Made by a program: the position numbers and the translations under genes. The notes beneath the pieces were generated by a model. It was not told the origin of the DNA. It saw nothing but the letters and a program-made list of their open reading frames with translations, and made no database searches. From contig NC_043005.1 in NCBI RefSeq assembly GCF_006345805.1, positions 101,308,001 to 101,372,000 of the forward strand: DNA of 64,000 nt, in the 5' to 3' direction. Shown piece by piece: positions 39,162-52,384 of this stretch (positions within the stretch are counted from its first letter, which is position 1; every line of letters starts with the position of its first letter). The DNA is from Octopus sinensis (taxonomy: Eukaryota).

Positions 39162-39600
39162 AGTTTTTGTTTTTTCCAATTACCTCACTTCTACATAAAA
39201 CTCTACGTCTGATACATAAAACACACAACTACTATTTCCCATTCAATTAATGTATTTAAACTAAACAATTTCCTAAATAGGTGTTAACGATTATCCTAAA
39301 GCATATAAAGATGGTGTGAAAACATCTCTGATCACGAAAACATCAAGGCAACCTAGCTCTATCATAACAAATTCTTCAAACTCCTTCTCCACACACGAAT
39401 ATAACGGAGTCTTTACAAACATGACCCCACCCTGCCCACCAGCATTCCATTCCAAGAATAATATCAAGCTCTCTATTCCTGCCAAAAACTAAATGTCCAA
39501 AATTTGAAATAAGTGACAGAAAATATTGTAATAATCATCTTCCACAACTTAAATCTCTCTCATATATATATATATATATACATATATCATGCATATCTGA

Positions 39601-39638
<38 letters not shown>

Positions 39639-39642
39639 GGAC

Positions 39643-39698
<56 letters not shown>

Positions 39699-40069
39699 AT
39701 GTGTGTGTGTGTATATATATATATATATAGATATACATATATATATGTATATATACATACATCCATAAATATAAATATATATATATATGCATGCATGTAT
39801 GTATATATATTATATAATATATATATATATGTAGTGTATATATATATATGGAAGTATGTACATATATATAGGGATCTATATATTATATACATATATATAT
39901 ATTTATATATATATATATATTATATATATATATATGGATGTATGTACATATATATAGGGATCTATATATATATACATATATATTTATATATATATATATA
40001 TATATGGATGTAATATATATATATATGGATGTGTGGTGTGTATATATATATATATACACACACACAATA

Positions 40070-40272
40070 TGTGACCTCATGAGTACCGCTGGCGATTTTT
40101 TTCCTCTGTCTTCCCTTCTCGGGATCTTTCCTTCTCCTATGTTTCCAATGAAGAGCTCCACTCGAAACGTTAAACCCTCCTTCTTCCCTTCTTTCCTGAG
40201 CGTCCAATATTACTTTATTTGTTCCACATCCTCGCGTTGTTGTTTTTTTGGGTTTTCTTGTTTGGATTAACT
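40070..40272 (+). mobile_element. Short Penelope-like repeat in (TA)n with decayed HHR motif
   Basis: gttt-CCAATGA-a-gagc(tcc)actc-GAAA-cg-TT-aaac at 40141-40175. Confidence 0.5.
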
Positions 40273-40344
40273 ATATATATATATACAGATATACACATAT
40301 ATATATATACAAATATACACACACACACGCATATGTATATATAT

Positions 40345-41058
40345 GCGTAGGAGAGGCTGTGTGCTAAGTAGCTTGTTTACCAACCACATGGTTCCAGACT
40401 CAGTCCCACTGCATGGCAACTTGGGCAAGAGTCTTCTGCTATAACCTTGGGCCAACCAAAGCCTTGTGAGTGGATTTGGTAGACGGAAACTGAAAGAAGC
40501 CTGTGGTATATATGTATGTGCATATATGTGCGTGTTTGTGTGTCTGTGTTTGTCCCCCCAACATCGCTTGACAACTGATGCTGATGTGTTTACATCCCCA
40601 TAACTTAGCGGTTCGGCAAAAGAGACCAATAGAATAAGTACTAGACTTACAAGGAACAAGTCCTGGAGTCGATATATATATACTCTTTTACTTTCTCTTT
40701 ACTCTTTCACTTCTTTCAGTCATTTGACTGCCGCCATGCTGGAGCACCGCTTTTAGTTGATCAAATCAAACCCAGGACTTATTCTTTCTAAGCCTACGGG
40801 GACATAAACACACAGCCATCGGTTGTCAAGCGATGTCGGGGAGACAAACATAAACAAACACACACACACATATGCATACATATATATACATATATACGAC
40901 AGGCTTCTTTCAGTTTCCATCTACCAAATTCACTCACAACGCTTTGGTCGGCCCGATGTTATAGCAGAAGACTCTTGCCCAAGGTGCCACGCAGTGAGAT
41001 TGAAACGGAACGGTGTGGTTGGTAAATATGCTACTTAGCACACAGATACGCCTGACAC
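40345..41058. mobile_element. Two family A SINEs tail-to-tail (+ 40345-40672, - 40682-41058)
   Basis: Consensus matches in opposite orientation with a ~10 nt spacer. Confidence 0.85.
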
Positions 41059-41105
41059 CTATATTTATATTATATATAATATATATATATATATTATATA
41101 TAAGG

Positions 41106-41205
41106 NNNNNNNNNNNNNNNNNNNNNNNNNNNNNNNNNNNNNNNNNNNNNNNNNNNNNNNNNNNNNNNNNNNNNNNNNNNNNNNNNNNNNNNNNNNNNNN
41201 NNNNN
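41106..41205. other. Assembly gap (100 N)
   Basis: Run of exactly 100 N next to (TA)n. Confidence 1.
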
Positions 41206-43484
41206 GTCCTTGCGCACTCACAGAGGATAAGATATGCTTGTTTTTCATCTATTTCAATGGTGATGGGCATGGCTGTGTCTGCATGGAATATGATAAGTAC
41301 ACAGATAGAGAAAGTGTATTTGCATAGGCACGACCATAGAAAGTGTTTAGGTTTGTGCAGTGGGTTGTTAAGTTGTATGTCGGTATTGAGTCATCCTCTG
41401 CAGAGGATATCTCTAGTCGTGCGCTTATGTATAGAGAGAGAGAGGAAGAAGTATGAATTTCCCTGTGTGTATGCATGTGTGTGTATGCGTGTGTGTGTGG
41501 TGTGTGTGTGTGTAATCACAGATTAGCATCTGTGTAGATGGAATCAGACATCTGTTTGTTAGTTGTTCTTTTAAGTGTTTCATGCATAGCCACATGTATA
41601 AGTGCATAGTCACAGATATGTGCCTGTGTGTATATGTGTATGTGTGTGTGGTGTGTGCATTGTCACAGATGTGTATGTGTGTATTGTTACAGATGTGTGC
41701 ATAGTTACAGTTGTATTCAGTATTGTATGTAGTCACAGATTGTGTACGTGCTTGTCATACAGTTGTGTGTGTGTGTGTGTGTGTGTGTGTGACTGTAGTC
41801 TCATTTGTATTTGTGCATGCAGTCACAGGTGTGTGCAAGTGTTTGTTGCAGATGCGTGTGTGTGAGAGAGAGAGAGGGAGAATAGCCACAGATGTGTGTG
41901 TATATAGCCACAAGTGTGTGCGTGTGTGTGTGTCTGCTGAGTCACGAGTATGTATGTCCATGATTTTAAATATGGATGTTGTATTGTTTAACCCCAGGTC
42001 AGGCCTGGTTGAGCAGATATGACAAAAAAAATTGTTCTAGTCATGATCACACCTTTTTCTTCTTCTATCTAAAGTATAGCACACTTAGGACTACATTACT
42101 TTTTGTGTCCTTCCACTTGTTATTTGAGAGAATTTGGCTGGTATTTCTAGCAAGACTGATAATTTCATAGACAAGTTGCCCTCGATTTGTTATGGGGTTA
42201 TTTGTCGGTGTGTGGCCCACATATGGATTCATATGTGGAATGAGATATGGGCTGAGTGTGAGTAGTGTCACAGATTGGTCTGCGTGTGGCAAGCAGCATC
42301 TCGGTATATTCATGTTTGTGTAGTAGAGTTGCTGTGCTGTGTGTATGTGAACATGTGTGTGCATTAGCAGCAAATGTCACAAGTGTGTATATGTCTGTGT
42401 ACATGCTTGAAGAGAAGCGCTACATCTGCATAATGCTGTTTAGCCCCGGGCCGTTCCTGATCAAACAGATCAAAATTCATAGGTGTTCCAGCTGTGATCG
42501 CCTCTTCCTTCATAGATTTACATTTGTCCAGCATGTCTCTACATTTTTAGAGGTACCAGCAACCTGTCTGTTTCTAGCATGTTGTAAACTACTTAGATTT
42601 CTTTACTGGCTTATATTTATGTGAAGAGATGTATGCATGTGGGTAGGTATTTATATGAAAAATAAGAGGTAGTTGTTTGACTATGTGTAGAAAAATGCAA
42701 ATATGTTAAAGGATTATGTATATATGTTAGCAAGTCAAGTGTATTTGTGTGGAAGAGAAATATCCATGGTCCTATAAGTCAAAGGCTACCATCACCACTG
42801 AACACTAAAATATTATTTCAACAGTTGTCATTGCTTTCTATTTAGTATGTATTTTAATTGCACAGAAAATATTTTGATGTTCATTCCTACATCTTGTGGT
42901 ATTGTTTTAGGCTGCAGAGGCAAAGAATTGAATAATCATCTCAGATTTCGACTATTCTTATCTTCTGTTTATTAAAGTATCTAATTTTGAGTCCTTTCGT
43001 TATATAATTGAATTTTAATCATGTGAACCAAAGTGATTAGTGAAGGCATAGTACATGCTATCAAGTTATATATACTTGCATAACACAGCTATGTGCATGT
43101 GTGTGTAAATATATAGAACTGTGTGTACATATAGATTGTATAAACTGTGTATATATGTATGTGTGCATGTATATATACTGTGTATATGCATATATATAAA
43201 CACAAATGTATATATGTGTGTGTGTGTGTGTATATATATATACACACACACACACACACATATATATATTAGGGTCTTTTGTCAACTTTGAAATGAATTT
43301 GGTCCTGCATTATTTCATTTTTCTTCTGCTGAACACAAAGCCTCTACCTCATTAGCTAATCTAATCATATACACTATCTTAAGAACAATAACATTCCTTA
43401 AGATATTGCCTAGCCATTTTAATAGCTGTGCCAAGATGCAGTATCTGTAGTAAAATATTATTTGAAATTTTAAGAGGAAATTCT

Positions 43485-43895
43485 GGATCTTTTCGGTTTG
43501 AACTGCAGTTTTTTCTAGCGGTGTCATATGAAATTGTCACCCATAATTATGATCCTAGTATCGATCTATTGCATGTCAATCTGTTTTAGGGTTAGGGGTG
43601 GGGGGAAGGGTATCTTTTTTTCTTCACAAATGTAAATAAACCCAATCTGTTTCTTAAACAAGGGACATATTCATACGGCACAGAATGTTTTCACCTCAAT
43701 AGACGGTCATTGATTGGTTGAAATTGCAGAAATTGAAGAAAAACAACAACAAATCTCTTACAAACTATAGAATTTTCTCAATAAAGCCAAGAGAAAAAAA
43801 TGTTTTATAAGCACATTCTAGCAGTATACGAAGTTTAAAATTTTTTAGTTACCTAGAAATTATGTTAAAAACTGCTGTTCAAACCGAAAAGATCC
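43485..43895. mobile_element. Second copy of the GGATCTTTTCGG-TIR element, opposite orientation
   Basis: Reverse complement of 13792-14221; no TSD recognisable. Confidence 0.85.
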
Positions 43896-44957
43896 CATTG
43901 TTCTCCTTGTTTTAACACAACATCCAAGTGGGAGATAAATGTTACCTTGTAATATTAATACTGCTTCTGTCATTATTATTGTTTATGTAATTGTTAATTT
44001 GTTAAATAGTCCTCTATCCATTAATTTACCCGCTTCCTAACTTTATCATCATTTGCTATCATCTGTTTTTACATCCTCTTCTTAACCCCTTAAGCATTTA
44101 AACCTGGCCTTATCAGGCTCGAATGTTGTACTTATTTACATTCAAACTGGCCAGATATGGCCTCTCACACTTACTCTACAATAGCATTCTAATAATAGAT
44201 AACCACAGCATTGAAATCTCAAAGTTATATGATAATGTATGATTTAATTCAAAACGATGTGAATAAATCAGCATCAAATTTGACGGAGTAACCTGAATGC
44301 CAAAGGGCTAAAGTTCTATTGAGATGGTCACACCTTTGCACACTTGCATAATTTTTAGCATCTTGGCAGCTTCACTTAGCAGAAGACCTTTCCAATCTTT
44401 TCTTCTAATTGCTTTTATTTTTCTTTGGCATTTGATGGCTACCCACATCCTTCTAGGTTGCCTTATTGTCTTTTGATTGACTGACTGCTATATTGCTATT
44501 GTAGCTACTCCTTTCTCATTTACACATTTTCCATTCTCTCTTTTTTTGTTTTGTTCTTCTATATATATCCCTTCCTCAACCTCTACCTCAATTCTACTAC
44601 TGCTGCCATACATACATCATCAGCAGCAGCTATGTATCTTTTCCATAGCCAGACACCTGTGCCTGAATGAACACCTGGCATAAAACCTCCACCCCTCTCA
44701 CTCATTTGAGGAGGTTTGTTCTTCATGTTCTTTGTCTTGAAAATTACTTGGTGACCTCACTTGTACTTGTGCCTGTATTAAAAAAAAAACAAAAAGCAAA
44801 AAAAAGCAAAGGGATTGGCATTAGGAAGGGCTTTCAGCTGTACTTATATTGCTAAAGCAGACATTGGTACTTGGTGCAGTCTATTCAACTCAAGCTAGCA
44901 TGGGAGACACATACTAAATAATGATACTAACACACACATATGTGTATGATATGCATA

Positions 44958-45181
44958 TCTTTTACTTGTTTCAGTCATTTGACTGTGGCCATGCTGGGGC
45001 ACTGCCTGGAAGGGTTTTAGTCAAACAAATCGACCCAAGGTCTTATTTTTCTTTTTTAGACCTGGTACTTACTCTACTGGTCTTCCTCTCTGAACTGCCA
45101 AGAAACAGGGATGTAAACACACCAACACTGGTCGTCAAGTGGTAGTAGTGGTGGTGGTAGGGGGGAACAAAACAGACACGA

Positions 45182-45231
<50 letters not shown>

Positions 45232-45385
45232 CAAGCTTCTTTCAGTTTCCATCTACCAAATTCACTCACAAGGCTTTTGTTGGCCTGGGGCTATAGCAGA
45301 AGGCACTTGCCCAAGGTGCCATGCAGTGTGACTGAACCTGGAACCATGTGGTTGGGAAGCAAGCTTCTTACCATGAAGCCATGTC
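44958..45385 (-). mobile_element. Family A SINE (diverged subfamily)
   Basis: Consensus match. Confidence 0.85.
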
Positions 45386-45677
45386 TATTTATAATTATTT
45401 TACTTCTTGAGTCTAAAGGAAGGGACAATATCCATGTCCTTTGGTAACTCTCCAAGACTGGAGATGTTCAGGCTTTTAATGTTTTGTTTAACTGTAGCAG
45501 GTCAGAGAAATCAAATTAAAAAATTATGAATGTGAGTGGTCAGTCTGGAATATCAGTTTTAAGGTGGAGAAAAGTGGAGAAAACAGGAGTGTAATGTTTG
45601 AGGGAAATTGAATTAACTTAAAAATGTCACTGAAAAAACATCAAGAAAAAACATCAGAAAAAAACATCAAGAAACTT

Positions 45678-46359
45678 TCAGTGAGACCCTTGGGCTTGCT
45701 TTTTATCCACAAGCTGAGAAATCCTTGGCTCTTTTTGGCTCAAGCGAATTCTCTAATCAGCATTGTTATCGAGGTTCAAATGCCTCTGCTACTTCGTGAA
45801 CGTGTGGAGGACAAGGGAAAATCCCTTTTCAGACAAGTAGGATGTCAGGAGATTTATAATAAAAGGCTTGACTTGTTCAATTAGCTTTGGATATTCGTGA
45901 GAATGATTCAACCAAGCCTTGACCCAGTTGTTTACAGACGATTTGCGCAGATTATCATCTACCGTCGCCTCATGTAGCTCCATCTGAACACATTCTGGTT
46001 GAACAAGTATATCGTTCATAGACATTGTGTGAAGAGAGTCCACAAAAATTGGGATATTTAAAGCCAAAAGATCTTCAAAACGTATATTGAAGTTTTCGCG
46101 AAGGAAAGATAGATGCCCGATTATATATTTGTGCAAGCCATTATTTACCACAACAGTTTTTTAGTTCGCGAACTGCAGGACGTTATGATCTTCAATTTGA
46201 AGTTTCCAAAGAGGCATATTTCATTTGCGCGACATGTGTGTTTATGGAAAAATTTTAATTCTTCAGGTGGACCACAGATCATCTGAATTTTCCCGTGGAC
46301 CACCTGGATTTTCTTGTGGACCACTTAGTGGTCCACATGGACCAGGTTGGGAACCCCTG
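45678..46359 (-). mobile_element. hAT (Buster/Charlie-type) transposon relic, internally deleted
   Basis: Transposase C-terminus ..YPKLIEQVKPFIINLLTSYLSEKGFSLVLHTFTK*..RIRLSQKEPRISQLVDKKQAQGSH*. TIR caggggttcccaacc at 46359 with subterminal gtggaccac repeats. Confidence 0.85.
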
Positions 46360-47082
46360 GTATACAGGGGTAGATGAAAAGGGTAGATGAAAGGGGCACT
46401 CAGTGGAAAATAAGGTGGTAAGAGATGATACTACAAATATAGTAGACAAAGGAAGTTGTTCAGTAGAGCGTGGATGACAGGGGGATGAAATCTGTACAGT
46501 TTTTCTGATAATTAGTGCAGCTGAGTGATTAGTGACCTCGTCGAAAGAGGGGCTGAAGAAATGATATGAATTGTTGGGAAGAGATACATCAGGGACAAAT
46601 TAGATGCAAGGGCATAATAGTAAACAATATGCTTTTAGGGCCTCATTTTTGCTTAGATAAGGGGTCTCATCTCAATTCTTTGTCATCTCTGTGAAGGAGG
46701 TTATTCTTCATATGTCATCCTGTGTCTCCTTCCACGGGTTCCATCCACATTTGGCAATCAGTACTTCTTCATGCATCGCTTAATGATAGCAATGCAACCT
46801 TCTTTCTTGCAAGCCACATATGATGCATCGTATGCCCTACTTTTATCACAACACATTTGTACTTAGTTGTACATGCATGCTGTCCATGGTTCAGTGGAGC
46901 ATGTTTGTTTCATTTCCTTTCAGTTTTCTCAAATCCTCTACATTCGATGCCCAGTTCTCTCTGCTGTACAGCATTGAATGGGTTTCTTAAAATCTGTGTG
47001 TGTGTGTGTGTATATGTGTGTAGATATATATATGTATATATGTGTGTGTAAGTATATATTTGTGTGTATATATATATATATA

Positions 47083-47475
47083 CTAGCAGTATCGCCCGGC
47101 GTTGCTCGGGTTTGTAAGGGAAATAACTATATAAGCATTTTCAGAGATGTAAAGTATAATAGCCATCTCAATATGGCTAACCACAAAGGGGGTGTGTTAC
47201 TGTAGCTTTTTACGTTCTGAGATTTAATAATAAATTTTTAGAGAGTTACTTCCCTTATATATGCCAAAAATGCATTAAAAATGATAAAAATTGATGGTAA
47301 ATTTTTTTTTAAATCGTAGACTCATCGTAGACGCGCGCTAATACCCAGAAGGGCTCGATATGAATCACAACTATAAGATACCCGGTTTTGGTTAAACTGC
47401 CCTGCAAAATGTGGGAGTAGTTAGGAATCTAAATCGTAGGAGACAGACAGCACACAACCTCACTTTTATATATAA

Positions 47476-47478
<3 letters not shown>
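47083..47478 (-). mobile_element. Non-autonomous Helitron
   Basis: Minus strand A|TCtttatatataaaag ... cccgagcaacgccggg hairpin ... CTAG|T; no TSD. Confidence 0.85.
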
Positions 47479-47510
<32 letters not shown>

Positions 47511-47560
47511 TGCAAGGGCATAATAATAAACAATATGCTTTTAGGGCCTCATTTTTGCTT

Positions 47561-47762
47561 TGATTCGTTAGCTACTGCACGCATTTTTTTCTCTCCTTCT
47601 TTCTGTGTTTTTCTCTCTCTGTGTATCTTTCTGTTGAAGAGCGTAGGCTCGAAACGTTAAAGACTTGTTTTATTTATATTTCCTGAGCGCCATACTAATA
47701 CAATTGTTCGTTTGTTTTCCACCTGCCTTCGTCTTTTGTTTATTTTCATAAAGCTTCCCGTT
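47561..47762 (+). mobile_element. Short Penelope-like repeat with HHR-like motif
   Basis: tcttt-CTGTTGA-a-gagc(gtag)gctc-GAAA-cg-TT-aaaga at 47626-47663. Confidence 0.6.
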
Positions 47763-48739
47763 ATATATATATATGCATCTGTGTGCATGTATATATGTAT
47801 ATATGCATCTGTGTATATATGTATATGTGTATGTTTGTATATATGCATCTGTGTATATGTACATATGTATATATCATCATCATCGTTTAACGTCTGCTTT
47901 CCATGCTAGCATGGGTTGGACGATTTGACTGAGGGCTGGTGAACCAGATGGCTGCACCAGGCTTCAATCTTGATCTGGCAGAGTTTCTACAGCTGGATGC
48001 CCTTCCTAACACCAACCACTACAAGAGTGTAGTAATATTTGGGCTTGTCAAATATATATATATATATGTGTGTGTGTACACACATATATCATCTTTAAAA
48101 GTCCATTATTCCATACTTGCAAGGACAAGAAAGAATTTGTTGGGAAGATATGGCTGGGTGCCCATCCTGTCATCATCTTTCACTTGTTTCCAGGTAAGGT
48201 ATTATTTCCCCATGGACAGGCATATTTTCCAGAAAAGACTGGAAATAAACACCATCACTCATATGGTGCTGATGTTAGCTTACAACTCTCATGATGGGAA
48301 AATATGGGTACACATACCTACATGCATGCATGGTGGCTGTCTGCTTCTTGCAGAGCTTGACCCCTTTTTGTACCTATAGCTGCTCCTTCTTAACATGAGA
48401 ACTTGAAAGACTTTTGGTCCCTGAACAGCATTTGAAGAGTTGATCACATATACTGCAACAATGTCTCATTTCAGCATTAACTCCGTTTTCTGTTTGTTCA
48501 ATATGAATGTCCAAATGCTGCTTCAATCCTCCACTTGACTTGCAGGCTTTTTGACAGACATTGCATTGAAACTAGTCATCTGGAATGAGTTAATGTATAC
48601 CTTATTTACATGGTGTTATCTCATATCAGCGTGGGATCTGAATATTATGTGTATAAAGAACATTTCGTAGAGGAAAGAAAAACTCTTGCAACACTATTGA
48701 TATTAATCCCATTTCTATGAAATTTTCTTTTCATTTCAG

Positions 48740-49245
48740 CATGCTTAACTCTGTCAAGCTCAAAATCTTTAATACTGCTCTAAATTATAGCTCTCCATGC
48801 TACACTCTCTGCCACAAGTAATTCAAGACTTTTGTAACATAATTTAAGGCATTCAAAATTTGATTTTAAAGACTCTTTGCATCATTTCTTTGGCTTACTA
48901 TTTTTTCTCTTTCTCGGCTTAAGCTTACCAAAAAGCATTTGTTGTAGAATGTGCTCATCATCCATTTGGATGATTGGCCTGTCCATTGTAGTTGATTCCC
49001 AGTAAGCATGGCTTGGATTGATGTGATCTTAGCTTCAGCAAGAACCTCAGTGTCAGGAATAAATGAGGACCTGCTTATTCTGAGTATGTGACGGAAACAT
49101 TTCTGGTGAAATCTTTCCAACATTCTTACATGAAACATGTATATTGTCAATGTTTCAGAAGAATACAATAGTGCTGAGTGAACAAATGAGACAGATATCA
49201 TGAGCTTACTGTCAGTTTTGATACACCACTGTGACCAGACTTTAG
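48740..49245 (-). mobile_element. RTE (BovB-like) LINE ORF2 C-terminal relic
   Basis: LLYSSETLTIYMFHVRMLERFHQKCFRHILRI..DTEVLAEAKITSIQAML..QLQWTG. Confidence 0.85.
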
Positions 49246-49949
49246 ATTCTACATACAGACATGTGCATGTGTGTGTGTGTGTGTGTACGTACGTACATAC
49301 ATAATTTATCTTTAATTTTTGTCTGCCAAATCCACTTGCAGGGCTTTGGCTGACCCAAGGCTATAGTAGAAGACACTTGCCCTAGCTGCCATGGTGTGGG
49401 ACTGAACCTGGAACCATGTGATTGGGAAGCAAACTTCTTACCACAAAGCCACAGCTGTACCTGTGTTTGTGTGTATATTTATATATATATATATAATTAT
49501 GTATGTATTAGGAGAAATTAAAACAAAATTGAGTTTATATTATTAGTTCCTATATACTTTCACCATTATGATTGCTTGTAGCCCTGGGTGTTCCAAGTGC
49601 ATAACTAGAGTAGATCATCATGGATCCCTTTATTCTATAAGTTACAGTGAACTAATATACCCATAAACTATGAAAACCTTTCAGTTTCCATCTACAGAGT
49701 CAACTTACAAAGCTTTTTGTTGGCCTAGGGCTATAACAGTAGGTGCTGTGCAGTATGGCTGAACACAAAACCATGTGGTTGGCAAGCAGGCTTCTTAACT
49801 ATACAGCCACGCCTGCACATAGCTGTTCCCGATTGATGTTATGTACTACATGGGTGGGGCAGTGATTGTGTACATTTCCAGAGATTTCCACCCTACATTC
49901 ACCTCAGTGCTATGGAACGTGTTTTTGTAGTTGATGAAAGTGTTACACA

Positions 49950-50290
49950 GAATTGTTTTTTATTCTCTAGCGCATTCTATAAGCTCTGTTAGAGTGAATA
50001 TGAGATCTGTTGCGCTGTAGTTCTTAGAGAACCCTGCTGTTCACCGAGATGTTTCAACAATCTGGTGATTATGACCTTTGTAACAGGCTGGTGAATGTGA
50101 GGCTAGAAGAGTCATAGGGGTTGATAGTTCTTAACTGTTTTGCGAAGCAAGATGGCATTCAGCTTTTTCCATATGGAAGGTATCTCCTTCAGATAGCAAT
50201 TGAAGCATAGACAAAAGATTTCCCACAACTCTTCCCTTCTACTCCTTAACATCGCCATTATTATGTCATCTTTTCCTCATGCCTTCAACA
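49950..50290 (-). mobile_element. Degenerate RTE reverse transcriptase fragment
   Basis: KA*GKDDI..ML..FNCYL..P.IWK..ILL.K..KNYQP and remnants of EQ.GF..NYS.TDLIFTLTELIE. Confidence 0.6.
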
Positions 50291-50348
50291 GCTTAAGGAC
50301 ATATTCAGTTTCATTGATGACCAGCATATATACATGTGTCTGTGAGTG

Positions 50349-50384
<36 letters not shown>

Positions 50385-50390
50385 CGAGTG

Positions 50391-50421
<31 letters not shown>

Positions 50422-51310
50422 ATATTTATGTGTGAACAGTGTGAATGTATATATGTGTGTGTGAGTGTTTATATATATATGTGTGTGTGTGTGATTAATA
50501 TAAATATATATATATATAATCGTATATATAATTATATGTAATGGTAAGATCCAAAATCCAGGTGTAGGAAGTTAGTAAGCTTCAAGCAGTCTGGTGATAT
50601 AAAAAAGAATTTTCAGGAACAGTAGTGGTTTATTGATGTAGACGGTTGTAGGTTTTACCCACTCCATTCCTTAAATTTGGATATGTGTGTATATATATAT
50701 ATATATGACACATTTATGTAGACATATATATACACACACACATGCACACAAATACCAGTGTGTCAAACATATCAGAACAAAAGTTCTTACTTTATTAAAA
50801 TTATCTCTACCACCTGAGGACGTATTATAATGAGCAGATGTCAATTATGGCCAGCTGTACTTGACAAGAGAAGATAATCTGAAAATTCAAGAATTTTCTT
50901 ATAAGACATTGAATAAAAAGGTCTGTTTTATTGTTTGGAGATAAGAAGACAGTCATAGAAATATTTCTGGCTTAGTAGCCTTCATCAGTGTCATAATTGC
51001 CTCACCTAATATCCAGCTCAGGTAAATGGCATTATTTAAGCGAAAAGGAGATAAGAGAAATAACTCAAAGTGTCAAGTGCCATGTATTGGAATAACATAG
51101 ACAAATGCAGGTATGTCAAATACCATACAACAGAAATTCTTGATTTATTGATGTTATTTCCACCACTAGAGGCTGTATCATAATTATCAAATGGCAATTA
51201 TGATCTGTTCTACTTGAAAAGGGGAGGTAATCTCAGCATTCAAGAATTCTCCAAATTGATTTGGCTTCAAGAAAAAGAACAGGCATATTGTCTGGAAGCA
51301 TGAGCATAGT

Positions 51311-51709
51311 CGCAGGAGTGGCTGTGTGGTTAGTAGCTTGCTAACCAACCACATGGTTCAGGGTTCAGTCCCACTGCGTGGCACCTTGGGCAAGTGTCTT
51401 CTACTATAGCCCCGGGCCGACCAATGCCTTGTGAGTGGATTTGGTAGACGGAAACTGAAAGAAGCCCGTCGTATATATGTATATATATATATGCGTGTGT
51501 GTGTTTGTGTGTCTGTGTTTGTCCTCCTAGCATTACTTGACAACCGATGCTGGCATGTTTATGACCCCGTCACTTAGCGGTTCGGCAAGAGAGACCGATA
51601 GAATAAGTACTGGGCTTACAAAGAATAAGTCCTTGGGTCTAGTTGCTTGATTAAAGGCGGTGCTCCAGCATGGCCGCAGTCAAATGACTGAAACAAGTAA
51701 AAGAGTAAA
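51311..51709 (+). mobile_element. Family A SINE, full length, with TSD
   Basis: TSD gagcatagt at 51302-51310 and 51710-51718. Confidence 0.92.
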
Positions 51710-52384
51710 GAGCATAGTCCCATGCATGTGTTTCTATATATAAAGATATACTGTGTATGTGTAGGCATCTATAAATGTAAGTATATATATAAACCTTGCC
51801 AGATGAGATTGGATGCTGGTGTTAGCTCCTGGCTTGACAGTCTTCAGTCAAGCTGTCAGCGCATACCAGTTTGGAAAATGGACATTAAACATTGATGAGG
51901 ATGATGTATGAGGTGCATTCATAACTATCTGTTTGTATATATATATGTGTGTGTGTGGGTGTGTACATATAACTATGCATGTATATATATACACATACAA
52001 ATATGTATATGTCCATATATATTTATTTATGTGTACATAAGTGTATACATGCATACATACATATATATACACACACATAAATACATATGCTTATGTACAT
52101 ATATATGTGTGTATATATATATACACACACATATACATATTTATATGTCCATATATATAAATTTAAATTTAAAATAATAAGGGTGAAAAATTTAAATTTA
52201 AAGTAATAAGGGTAAAAAATCTTCTTGAAAACATTCCTTTCTTAGTGGTAAGACCATAGCGGATCTTCTTCTAGCATAATGGATGTCCACTTACAGGTCA
52301 TCCCTTTTATAGGTGTGTATATATATATATATATATATGATGTGCTAATTTTCACTCTAAGAACAATTTACTGGATTGCTACTC

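Noticed and set aside
51311-51375. tRNA gene candidates in SINE heads
   Set aside because: A and B boxes are present but run into SINE bodies without a proper acceptor stem.
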